Shown here: positions 14,510-27,630 of the stretch, one piece after another
Layout of the letters: every line of letters starts with the position of its first letter
Numbering within the stretch: the first letter of the stretch is position 1
Assembly (NCBI RefSeq): GCF_009834535.1
Contig: NC_045696.1
Location: forward strand, 9,240,001 to 9,304,000
Source: Camelus ferus
Lineage: Eukaryota
DNA: 64,000 bases
Direction: 5' to 3'
Position numbers and translations under genes: made by a program
The notes under the pieces: generated by a model
The model's input: the letters and a program-made list of their open reading frames with translations, nothing else
What the model was told of the DNA's origin: nothing
Database searches by the model: none

Positions 14510-14890
14510 AGGAGTAAGGGAGGAGTTTGGAGCTGGACTGGCCTGGCCTCAGGTCTGATCCCCAATACTTACTAGCTGTGCATCAGTTTCCCCATCTGTA
14601 GAATGGGCTTGTGACATCTGCCTTGCTGGGGAATGCGAGGATTGAATGAGACAGCCTGACAGGCAGACTGGAGTGGTGGTTGGCAGCCTGGCTGGAGAGC
14701 TGACTGCCTGATTCACCCTCACCTCTCCCCTGTGACCAGGTCAGCTTCCCCAAGCTCTGCCTCCTCAGGTGTAACACCATGAAAGTGATGTCCCTAGCTT
14801 GGGGATTCTTGTGCCAATTGAATAAAGTAGCACATAGGATGACAGCACGGTGCCTGGCGCAGTGGTGATCCTTAAATATTAGCTGTTATT
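14510..14890 (+). mobile_element. Adjacent MIR fragments
   Basis: actagctgtg...cagtttccccatctgtagaatggg; tgtgaccagg...; agcacggtgcctggcgcagtgg...aaatattagctgttattat. Confidence 0.65.
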
Positions 14891-17800
14891 ATGAAAGCAC
14901 ATGCCCTGGACACAGGTGGGTCCCCTCCCCTCATCCCACAGCCCTTACCAGAGGAAGCAACTAGAATTCTGCCCAAGTGCGGGCCAAATATTCGTCATTA
15001 CCGAGTTTTTTTTTTTGTTTTTGTTTTTGTTTTTTAATTCTGGCAGATTGGGCTCTCGTGATATAAAACAATAAGGACTTTTTCCTCTTTTTCCTTCCAC
15101 TCTACCTATTACTAACCACAAATACTGAATTACTGAACCAATGTCACCAATGTACTCCTCATTGGAACAAAACCAAGTTCACCATAATCCCCTGCTTCCT
15201 TGGGAAGAGGTGGTCTTTCCCAAGGGCTATCAAATTGTACTCTTTTCTTAACTGACCGGAAGCCCCCATGCTTGCTGTGTGAACTGCTAAGACTCTTAGC
15301 GTTTAGAAGCTTCCATTGAGTCATCTATATGATGGGGATAATTACATGAGCTCCCAGGCATAGGGTTGCTTTGGATGAATTGAGATAATATTTATGGAGG
15401 TGCCTTGTAAACAGTGTATCAGATAATAGAAATATACAGATATGTAATTAGGTAATAGAAAAATAATCATAGAAAAATGTATTGTTGTGTGTGTTATGCA
15501 AAAATCTCAGGGATCTGAAATAATTACTGGTTTCTTGAAGGTACATTTCCTCTCATCCTGTCTTCCAGGATGGAGGAGAAGAAAACTAGAGAAAAAATAG
15601 AGACATTTAAATCGGCCCCGCTGTGAATCCAGACTTTTAGAAACTTTACCTTTTGCCATTAGAATATCTTAATATTTTCTTTGCCTACTATTACACACCC
15701 TTTAGGCATCTTGGAAACAAAAAAAAGGAGCAACCTCGTTGGTTAAGAGAGCTGAGTTTTATTTTAAAATCTAATTCTCTTCCAAAAGCAAAGCGTTTTC
15801 CCTCTCCATCTCTGCTACGTCATTTTCTTTCGGTGAAAGGCTTGGAAAAGTTGCAGAGATTACAGTGGCGGGGTCCTTATTCCTTTCCTTTTTTTTCCAC
15901 CTGTGGCTTTTTATATAATATGCTGCTTGCCTAGATTTCTGGATTAGCTTGCAGGGAGGTGAAATATTACAACCTGGAGCCTTTGTGCCAGTTTCCCAGG
16001 TGGAGCCAGAACCTGCAGCTGCTCCGAGGTGAGAGCCTTTCAGGGCTCTCCGGAGCTTGTGCCCCATTCATTCACGGACACACTGCCGGAGGCAGGCTGG
16101 GAGGAGAAACTCGTTCTATTCCTTGCGTGATTCAGCTGGTCTCAAAATAAATAGGTAGCCCAGTACAAGGAGAAAGAACTAGAAACTACTGAAATTTGAG
16201 TCTCGAGGGCTGGGCTGTTCTCGGAGCTGCTCCGTTGAGCTGTAAAAGGAATTCTGAGCCCCCGGCAAGGGAGTGGCAGCCGCTGGCCTGGGAATCCAAC
16301 ATCCTGGCCTCTGCTGGCTCTGCAGATGTCAGCAGCCTGCATCTCTCTCTGAGCCTCAGTTTCCTCATCTGCAGAACAGAAGAGAGGATTTGATGGTTTC
16401 AGATCCTTATCAGTTTCTAAAAGGAAGACACTGTGTCTGTAGCAGGGATCACACCCTCTGCACATCATCTCACCCGGAGAAGGAGAGTTGGGTCTTGTCA
16501 CCGGCCCGCCAGCCTGGGGAGACAGATCCCGGATCCAGAAGATGGTGAGGGTCCAGTGAAGGAAGAGGGGGCAGGGTGTAGCTACTCACACCCCAAGCAG
16601 GAAAATGAAGGAAATAAAGGTGCATCCAGAGCAACATGCCATAAGGAGGGGAAATGATCCTAACTAGATTTCCCATGACTTTGGCATCATTTAAAAAGAA
16701 TAAAGAAAGTGAAAAAGAAAAAAAAAAGAAAAAGAAAAAAAAAGTCAGCCATCCTTACACCCACAAAGTGCTCAATTGTGTAAGCCACACAGTCCCAACA
16801 TGGCCAACTTCCTGAAGCTGGCCGGTCGGAGACCTCGGTGTTCATTCCTCAGCCAACTGAAAAAAGATGGTTTGAGTCCTGTTGACTTAATTGTTGGATG
16901 TCCCTGAGCCAGGCTGCCTCCCTCCCTTGCCTCCTCGCAGTATTACGGGCTGTTCTTCATTACCTGCCCTACCTATCTTCCCAATCTAGCCGCAAACAGC
17001 TTTGGTTGACCACACCACTTCCCTATTGAAAGTTAATACTGTTTGACTCATTCTGTGTTACCAACCTGCAGCCAAAGAAAACACGGTAGAGAATACCCTG
17101 CCTGTATGGAGTTGGGAAAGCGCTCAGAGGCCCTGCTTTCAAAATCCTATACAGTAGCTTTACTATAGCTCCCTGCTGCAGCTGCGAAGAAGGTGAAGGA
17201 AGCAGAAGTGGTTAAGTGGGGGTGGAGGAGGGACTGGCAAGGGAGTTGGGGGGCCCCTCCGTGTAACCTGCGGTTCCTGAGGGCGCTCTCACTGAGGGGA
17301 GGGGATGCGTTCACACACCCGCGTGTTCCTACAGAAGAGGGGCTGTTTATGGAGTTCAAAGGAGGGAAAGTTCAAAACGTTGGTGCAAAAGGCAGTTCTC
17401 CAGTTGCCCTCCTAGCAGACTGGAGCTGGGCAGCAGGTCCCACCGGGCCAGCCTTCCAGATCCCAGGGGAGAGGCAGGGAGGGGGGAGCGCCTGTTGTTT
17501 TCAAACCCAGAAAAGATTTGGATGGGAGAATGGTGCCCGGGTTTTGGAGGGACGTATTGACAGCCTTTTTGTCCTTCACTCTCTAACTGGCTCAGGTGTG
17601 GTCACCAGGGTCATAGAATAAATAGAACTTTCCCTCCCAACATTAGCTGGCAAGCAGTGGAACCAGCGTTTTTCATCACTGTGCCATGGATGTCCCAGGC
17701 AAAAAGCCACTGCCCACTCAAGTAACTGATGGGGGAGGGAACACCCCCAAATGCTCCTTCTCAGCTGTGTGTTGGCAACAGTGGACAAAAGTCAGCTTGA

Positions 17801-19305
17801 GTGAGGCCAGCATCCCCCACACAACCTGCCGGCTTTTTCTCTGGATGGTGTGAGGTAGAGATGCCTGTTAAACACAGCTGCTGGTCGTGACTGGCTCTTC
17901 ACTAGCAAGTGATCAGGAGCTGTGAGTGGCCAGGGGGTCACTGTCCTTGTGCACCAGCCAGGGCCTGCTCAACCATCTATTAAAGGGCTTTGGTTAGGAC
18001 TTTGGCTGTCCCCTTGGTCTCCTGCTTCCACGAGGCCAGCCCAGAATTCAGTTGGCATTTGTGACACGACAGGAGGTGGGAATCAGATGCTGCCCACCCC
18101 GCCCCCCTGCACCCCTCCCCACCTGCCCCCGCCCCTGCTGCTGGGAGAGCCCAACAAGAGGGCTTTTAGGAATGGAAGGGAATTTTCCTTAACCTTTTTT
18201 GAGCACACAGAGGAATAGAGACCATCCTACATGCTGTTGGATGTGCGTCCTAGAAGTCCAGCCCAAGAACGGGGCATTTATTCGCTCATTCATTCATTCA
18301 CCCAGCATTGACTAGGGCACCACCCCGAGGGCCTTCGGTTTACCACAGCCCTGTCTGAACAGGCTTGGGGCCTCTGACATTTCGGTGTGGTGTGTGCCAG
18401 TGCCGTGGGGAGGGGAGACCCGCCCAGAGGTCAGAAGGCCTGGGTAGAGAACGAGGATGCCCAGGCAGCATGAAGAAGCAGGTGGAGCCCACGGTCGCCT
18501 GGGATGGAGCTCTCCTTCCCCGCAGGGATCGCCTGTCCTCCCGGGCCTGGCCCTGCAGAGGGCCTGGAATCCAAAGCCAGTTCCAAGCTGCAGGGAGCAG
18601 TTCCTCATCACCCACACCTTTCCAAAGTCACCTCCCATTCACAGAGCTGTCCTAGGGGCAGGAGCTGCTCGGCTAAATGAACCCATATCACCAGCAGTTA
18701 CCACTGTGGAGTTATTTCTGATTCCTCTCTAATGGGGTATCCTCGAGACAGTCCCTTCACTGAGGAAGAGCTGACAGTTGTTGGAATTACAAGCTGCTAG
18801 GGGAAAAGGAATCTTAAAGTTGTGAGCTGTCTGCACCCCTCCAAGGAGGTTGCCTCTGCCACCCCCACAGAGGGCTACCTCTGGTCAAGGACAGAAGACA
18901 GCAGGCGGATCTCTGTCCTAAGCTGCAATTACCTCCCTAGTCACCAGACAGAAACAGGAGGTAACCCATGGCGACCGATGACTACAGATTCTGACTGCTC
19001 TGCTGTTAGGGAAGCCCAGGTCTCAAAAAGCTCATGCAAATGAGCTAAAAGTTCCACAGCCTGGAACTGTGAGCCTGGAACTTAAGGGAACTCGCTTTTG
19101 TTTCTGTTTGCTTCGCCCTGTGAATTTTGAGGGTATGGGTCAGGGAGGGATGGAGGGGGCGGGCCCTGTGTGGCCCTTTGGCCTAAAGCCTGTGGCCCCA
19201 GCTGGCTTCCCTTCCCACTTCTCTGTAGCTTTCTACACTTTTCCCTTCATGCTTTGCAATAGCAGCTACATTTTAGCCCAAGTGTTGAGGGACATGGGAC
19301 ACTTC

Positions 19306-19333
19306 GTGTGTGTGTGTGTGTGTGTGTGTGTGT
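19306..19333. repeat. (GT)14 microsatellite
   Basis: Perfect dinucleotide run. Confidence 0.95.
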
Positions 19334-19599
19334 TTATTCTCCGAAAACACAAGGCAACTGTAGCGGTGCTTTGCTTATGTGAAGGTGCTACACTCAACTC
19401 CACATAAAAGGCCTTTCGTCCATTCTTTTTTGTGTTTTAACATAATAAAAGAAAAAATAGAGAAGACAAGTTTTTACACATTATTTAACTTTTAATGAGA
19501 CAACTTTCCATGAAACTCTCCATATTCAAATATATGTTTCCCCACCAAGTAGTTTTTCTGAGCCCTCTACAGTAGCCCAGTGGGCACAGACAGACCATA

Positions 19600-19870
19600 A
19601 GGAACATTAGTCAGTGCTGTGGAGATAACCAAAAGTAAATGCGAGGGATTGACCATGTTGGAGAGGGTTTGCAACTTAAACTAGGGTATTCAGGAACTCC
19701 TCAGGGAGAAGATGAAAGTTAAGCAAAGACTTGAAAAATAGGAGAGATCTGGTCCACCAGTATCTGGGGAATGAATGTTCTGGGCAGAGGAAACAGCAAG
19801 TGCAAAGGCCCTGAGGCAGGCAACTGGGAACAATAGCAAGGTGGCTGGTGTGGCTGGAGCAAAGTAGGGA
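19600..19870 (-). mobile_element. L2 LINE fragment
   Basis: gttctgggcagaggaaacagcaagtgcaaaggccctgaggcagg...ggctggtgtggctggagc, a typical antisense L2 segment. Confidence 0.8.
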
Positions 19871-21689
19871 ATTCAGACTGTCTGCTTTCTGGTTTCAGGC
19901 AGGGGGCATTCACCTTAGAATGCAGGCTTCGCAAAAATGCCAGCCTGACCTCTAAAATCACATGCTTTATACCGTGTGAGGGACCAACCACACGGCCGTG
20001 AAGACCCAGGAGGGGGAAGCCCCAAGCACAGGCAGACTCAGTTACCTGTTGCCACCTGCAAGAGAACCAAAGCTCTTCTCAGCCAAATGCATCGATCACT
20101 ATCCCTGTTGGTGATTCTCCTGGGGTAAAGCATCATGTCTGCAGAATCCCTAAGGATGTAGAAACCCGCCGCCTAGGAAGTGGTGGCATCCTAGTGGATT
20201 TTCCCACTAGCTCAGTGCGATTCAGAAGTAGCATGAGCAGAAGCCCTGCACGGGGGCGTGGGTGAGGGGCGCTGGACAGTTGCACAGGTCGGGTAATGAG
20301 CACTAAACTTAGCCTTGCATTCCTCTCACCGCTGATAGGAAGCGGTGGACAGGGGGCCAGAAAGTATCATTATTTTCTAACCAATATGAGAAACCAGGAA
20401 ATAGGATGCTGGATTAAGATTCAGCGGAGTGGGTTTCTTCCCCGCGGCAGCCCTTGACAACTCACCAGCAGGTTTTAAGGTGTGTTTACTGGCCTGCTGC
20501 CTCTCGATGCAGCCTTCGGGTGGTAACAGGGAAAGGGCAAGACCAGAATGGGGCGTCCCAGCCAGCGGGTACCAGGAAAGGCTCAGTGAAGGCTGGAGGG
20601 GAGACGGGAAACGATCTGTGCAAACTGATGTCCAAGGTCACTAATAACCAATCAAAAGACCAGGGATGAAGCAGTAGGAGGCAGAGAGAGAGCGAATTCT
20701 CAGGCTGCCTTGTGCCAGGCTGCCAGCCACCAGCACGCGGAAGAGGAGGGTGGGCTGGGTAGAATCCCAGATTCAGGATCGAGCCCTGAAGACCAATCTG
20801 ATAGCTGGACTTGAGGCTGGCTCCCAAAGGCCAGGTATCTGCCAGAAACAAAAGCAAGCAAACAAAAAACCAAACCAAACCAAACCAAACAAAACCCTGA
20901 AGGTCCTCACGTCATCCGAAGTTGTTCCAGAAAGCCCCTGCTTAGTCGCCCGACAAGAACCGGTTGAATAGACTCGCTGCAGAGTTAGTGCTGTGAATGC
21001 TTTTAGAGCCCCTCAGAGTAATCCGTCTTAGTCCTTTAATTCCAGGCTTCCAGATAAGGAGGCTCAGTGATGAAGAGACTTACTCTTGTCCGCAGGAGAG
21101 TTGGGTGGAAAAGCAGATTGGGGATGGAGCGTTAGTAACCTCCAGACTGGCAGCCCCACTCCCCGGGTGCCACGCTGTTTCTCTAGGGGAGGGGAGGATA
21201 ATAGCGTTGGTGTTGGCACCCCACCCTTGTCGGGGCTCAGAGGTCTTGAGTGCTGCATCTCTGGAACCGACTAGTAGGTTCCCTGTTCTGCTGTTCCCCA
21301 AAGCCTTGCCTTAGTTGGCAGGGCAGAAGTCACTTCCCACTTGAGAATTCTGGGTTCACCTTTCAGACCAGCCTGATTATTGCAACAGGGACTCACCTCA
21401 GTGATGGTGAGAGAGAGAGGTTCCCAACCCGCCTCTCTGCAGGCAGAGTTTTGGCATTTTCAGCCACTCCGTATAGTACATTGAAGCATTTCAAAATGAA
21501 GAGGAAGACTGCAAAGTAGTTATCACCAAAACAAGGCCATCACTCAGTGTCCATGGACACTTAGTCTAAACACAGTTCTGGTATTTTTGGTGTTTTAACT
21601 TCCAGCCCACGGCAGATGGGAAGCGAGTTGCAAGCGCATGCGCAGTGGGGAGGGGTGCCCAAAGCTCACACGCCCACCCGCAGCATCGG

Positions 21690-21815
21690 GCCCGACCGGC
21701 TGCATCAGCATCACCTGGATCTTACTCTGAACTCTCTGGCCTCATCCCTGCCCCGCCAAGCCAGAAGGTCCAGGAGATTCTGATGCCCGTGCAGGTGTGT
21801 GAGACACAGCTCTGC
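21690..21815. mobile_element. MER5-like hAT DNA transposon fragment
   Basis: gcatcagcatcacctgg...ccaggagattctgatgc. Confidence 0.5.
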
Positions 21816-22994
21816 CAGGGGTCACACCGCTGTTCTGGCTCACTTCTATTCTGAGGACGAGCCGGAAACAGAAGTGGGGTTGCAAAGGCAGGGAGGGCAA
21901 GCCATGCAAGTGCTCAGTGTCCCTGTGATCAACAGCTAGTAACGCTGCACGCCTGTCCTCTGTGTTCACGTGGGATTCGCAGACGTTGGTATTTCTAGGG
22001 GCAGGAAGCAGGAGGTGGGAGGGGGTAGGCTGAGGGAGTAGGTGTGCTTTCAGACCTGCCCTCTTTTTCTGGCTGGCTGTGTGAGCTTGGGTAACTGACA
22101 TCACTTCTCTGAGCTGCATTCCCCACACATCGGTTAAAACACAAGGCTCATTTCTCTGGCCCTTCTCCAGTTCGGAAGTACTCCAACCTTGTGCCGTCAT
22201 GCAGCTTAACCATGTGGGAGGAGACTGGGGAGAAAGTTAGGCTACCCACATTTCTGTAACATTGGACGATAATATGTACTCTAAATCCATGATATATTAA
22301 CATATATATCATATATTTATATAACATTATAGAGCGTTTATAATCTATACACGATATATATAGTTCAGGACAGTATTTCCCAACATGCGATTGGCCAGTG
22401 GAAGGAGAGGTTTGCAGTTAGAAGGTTTATCTCACCACCTGCAAGGTGCTTTGAGGAAGGACCACATTCATGTTCAATATCGTTGTTTTAAAGTCCTAAT
22501 GACTTTAATGACCCTGGAACCCAGAGGTTAGAGTCTTATATCAGGAAAAATCAGCTGTTCTCTACACATATCTGTTTCTTTTCCACAGTCCTAAAGAATA
22601 GCAAATCAAGGGAAGAAATATCAATGTTTTTATATCTAAATCCATGTCATTAGTGTCAGACTGGCAAACATCTTTTGAAAAACATACATCCTTTTAGAGG
22701 AACCACAGTGTGATAGACAGACAGAGACAGAGCTGTACACACATATAAATAGACAGATATCTTTTTGGTCTTACCGTTTTGCATAGATTTTTCTCAACTG
22801 CTCATCATGGCAGTGATTTGAGTATACAACTTTTCTAACTTTTCTGCTGAGACTCTGTCAAGAAAACTAGTAAACCCATATCAGAAACACGCGCTAACGT
22901 GTTGACTGTCAGAAAATTATTCTCTCTACTCAGAACTTTCCACAAAAAGGTGATACCTTAGCCTCACCTGTTTTCTCTGCTAGAATATCATGTA

Positions 22995-23440
22995 CAGACA
23001 GTCCCCGATTTAGGATGGCTCAACTTAAAATTTTTCGACTTTAAGATGGTTTGAAAGCGACATATATTCAGTAGAAACCATACTTCAAATTTTGAATTTT
23101 GTTCTTTTCGTGGACCAGGGATACGGGACATGATGCGTGCGGGACGCCACGCGATCTCAGGGGTCAGCAGCCGGTACACATCCTGTGCCCACCGCTCTGC
23201 CTTTCACTTTCAGTGCGGTATTCAACACTTTCCCTGAGACAGTCAACACTTGATTATAAAATCGGCTTTGTGTTTTATGATTTTACCCAACTGTAGGCTA
23301 ACGTAAGTGTTCTGAGAACGTTTAAGGTAGATGAGGCTGAGCTAGAATGTTCCGTAGGTTAGGTGTTTTAAATGCATTTTGAGCTTATGAGATTTTTGAT
23401 TTAGGATGGATTTGTCGGGACATACGGAGACTCGGTATTG
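22995..23440 (-). mobile_element. MER47/Tigger5-like TcMar-Tigger DNA transposon
   Basis: TA-flanked cagacagtccccgatttaggatgg terminus; internal caactgtaggctaacgtaagtgttctgag...tttaaggtag...taggttaggtgt...aaatgcatttt. Confidence 0.75.
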
Positions 23441-23769
23441 TATTTCAGTTACTTAACAGCCACAGATCAACAATGGTTTCTTGAAAAGGACACTTGAGTT
23501 GTCAACGAGACTTGCATACCTACTCAGTCTAGTTTTTATAGCAGAGAACTGAAAGCTGGTCTCATTATCCATCACAAAACCCTAATGTTTGGGGAGGCCC
23601 TGTGGGTACCCATTCTGGAAGATTTCAGGATGTATATCTTTGGAATGAAGAATAAAATTTAGCTGATGGGATTCGTTTATTTTTATTCTTTTTGTTTTCC
23701 TTTGGCTTTGTGTAGTTGTGTGTATATATGAAATTCTAATCAAGGACTTTTTTCAAAAATGTGAAAACA

Positions 23770-23924
23770 GGGAGGGAAGGTAGAGCTCAAGTGGTAGAGC
23801 GCGTGCTTAGCACACACAAGGTCCTGGGTTCAATCCCCAGTGCCTCCTCTCAAAAAGGTAAATAAATAAGTAAACCTAATGACCGCCCCCTCAAAAAAAC
23901 AAAAATAAATTTAAAAAAAATTTT
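23770..23924 (+). mobile_element. tRNA-derived SINE, camelid Vic-1-like, with target-site duplication
   Basis: Pol III A box (tagagctcaagtggtagag) and B box (gggttcaatccc), A-rich tail; flanks aaatgtgaaaacag (23757-23770) and aaatgtgaaaatag (23925-23938). Confidence 0.85.
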
Positions 23925-26867
23925 AAATGTGAAAATAGTAGCAGAGAAGCATAACTTAGGATCCTTTTAAACTTTGCTGAAGAGTCAGTAGGACGTCCTA
24001 GTATAAAGCCTTGAGGCAGCCACTGTTTTCAGGAGCGCCGTGGAAGCACTCACCGTTGATGGCCAGCATGTTCAAAAGGCCGGGCAGCCCGCATGGGTAT
24101 GTCTGAGGCCACGTCACATCATTCCACCAGAGGGTTGATCCAGGGTTGAATTCCCTGTTGCCCTCAAAAGCCCAGTGCTCAGTAAGAAAGAAGAAAAGTG
24201 AATTTGATCGTAGACTTTTTCCATACTCTTATATTTAAAATTCAGGGGGTAAATTGACATTTTAATTGCACACAGATACAGGAAACTGAAGACATAAAGC
24301 ACTCATTTTCCCTGGCTTGAAAGTTTGTATCGGAAGCTTCTATATTTCACACAGAATATTGCTCTTTGGCACGTGAAATCTGACGGTTTCAGAAAAAAAG
24401 ACTTAGGTCTTCCTTTGATCTAGCTTATAAATGCATCAGAACCACACCTTTAATATAATAATGCTTTTTATTTCCCCCTCGTGCTTTGGTGTTAGGACTC
24501 TCTCGAGCACTCGCTGTGAGGAAGGGGCTCAAGGTTCCCTGTTAGGGCCATAACACTCTTACTGAGTCCCAGGATCACACGTGGGGAGGGTGTGGAATGA
24601 ACTCTCACCCCCTCCTCCGGCATTATACTCAGCCCTGCGACTCTCGGGGCTTAGGAAATAGCTTAGAGTGAAGAATTGTTTTCTCGGAGAGCTATGCCCA
24701 AACATTCCTGCTCAAGCAGACAGTCATCAGTTAATCTCTGTAAATGACTACGATTTTGGCAGGTGTCAGCTGGTGCAGAAATTGCTCACATGTTGAAACT
24801 TTTTTTTTTTAAGCATAAGGCAATCAGAGGGTCTAATAAAAAAATAACCTCACATTATGCCTGGCCACATAATGGCTTACCTGAAATGACTTATTCCTGT
24901 TTGGTTACTCGGTGGCATGTGGTCCCCAAGCTTGGTGGCTGAGGCAGACACAACTGAAGGCCCCTCTTCAAAGGCCGGCTGTGGACTCCAAAACACCGAA
25001 TGCCATGTGTTCAGAATGATCTGGTACACATCATTCCCTGGGATCACCCACTGTCCTTGACACGGTGTTCTTAAAAAACGCCACCGGGTGCCCAAGGAAT
25101 GTGAAGTTTTGAAATGGGTACAAAACCTGCCAGAAGCCTCCGCACCCTGATTTCGCCCACTGGCATTCTTTCTGAGATGGTAGAACTTCCCTGACTCATT
25201 TTCCCTGCCTTCTCCTCTCCTTCTGGACTCCTAATGCCAGGCACTAAGTTGTGGTAGGCACCGACAGGGCTGGATTACTACGCTTGGGGTGGCTTTTGAG
25301 TTGAATTGTTGGCTTTTCTGCAAGAAAACTTCAGATTTTTTCAGCCTGACCACCAGGAAGCCGAGAACAGGTCAGAGAGATAAGAGGAGGGAGGAGTCAA
25401 GGAAAGCTCCATCCAGAGACACTGAATGACTCCATGATGGACAGAAATAGAATGTTCTAGAAAAAGATGTTTTCGTACTTCTGAGGGAAAGGGATGACAG
25501 AGGTTGTTCCAGGACCTGGCCCCATGGCCTTTCGCCCATAAGGCCAGTGCTTAAAAATACTCAGCCAGTAAGAGGCCTCTCACACGTGTGCGGGGCCCGT
25601 GTGACTCAGGCTGTCTGTGTTCAGACTGGTGCTGTGAGCTGAAGGGCTGAATCAGGGTCCAGATTTGCCTCGGTGACACATGAAAAGAGAGAGCGTTGCA
25701 TTTGAACTACACAAATATTATGCTTAAGTATTTTTCCTCATTTCGGAGCCAAGCAGGTCTTGTTCATGATAAAATCACTGCAGTAGAGTGGGTCCTTTTT
25801 CTGGTCTGGAATTTGAGACAGTGGCAGCTGTGCCAAGGGGCCCGGCAGCAGGAAGAGACGGCAAGCCACGGAGATTTGGAACCGTAACACAAGTTATAAA
25901 ATTTAATTTGTATAATTGTAGCGATTGGGAGCTGGGCTAAAATGCACTGCTCCCACCCCCACTCCCACCCCGGGCGATCTTCTTTGTCACTGAGGAGTGG
26001 GTCTGGAGTGTGAAAGGGCACTTGAGTGTCACAGCAAGGGGGCTGCTTCTTCAGTCTTGTTTTGAGGCCACTTGACAATCGTGGAGGGTTGTGAAATTGG
26101 TCAGTGACTCTCTTGGAACCACGGGGGTGAGGCGGGAGCAGGAGGGCAGTCAGTCTCTTAAAAGAGGAATGACTCGTTCGATCCTCCCCCACCGCAAACA
26201 CACCTCCAAGGCTACATCAGCACATCAGAGCCTCAGCTCGGCTGGACAGGCCTGAGTCTCTGGTTTAAAACCAAAGACATTTTGATGAAGGATTAAGGGA
26301 GGAAACAGGAGGCCCTTCTCGGGTGGATGACCTCTGCTCGCTGCATCCTGGGGACAGCGAGTTTGATGAGGACTGAGGCGAAGACACTGTCCATAGAGAT
26401 GCCAAGGGGCCCCCCTCCCCACCTCGGACTCCTTAGCCCCCCGGGGAAGCTTGTCCAGTCTCCTGGCAGCTCCCTCTGGGCTCCAGCGGGCCCAGCAGGA
26501 CTGGACAAGGCTGAGGCTGCACCCCTTTGTTGGGGGCGGGGGCCACATCTGGGGAAGTTGGCTTCAGGGAAGAAAGAATGCCCACGCCAAGCGTGCTAGG
26601 AGAGGAGAGGGAGAGGGGCCGAGGGGCTGCCTGTGCCCTGCAATTACCAGGAAATCTGACCTCCCCGGGGCTGTGGGTTTGCAGCCACACCTCATTTCCT
26701 GCTGGAAGAGGCACGCCCGCTAAGCTCCAGGGCCCGCTTTGCTGCCTCTGAAACCTGCCGGTGGTTGAGTGTGTGGTCAGGGGCAGCTGTGCTGATGCCA
26801 CCGGCCAGGCTCCTTTCCTAGCCGCCATAGCTTAGGCCACAGCATGTGGCCAAGTGCCAACAATTAA

Positions 26868-27630
<763 letters not shown>

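Noticed and set aside
23770..23850. tRNA gene (also 54469-54535)
   Set aside because: Has A and B boxes but no complete acceptor stem or cloverleaf; the A-rich tail and TSD indicate a SINE.
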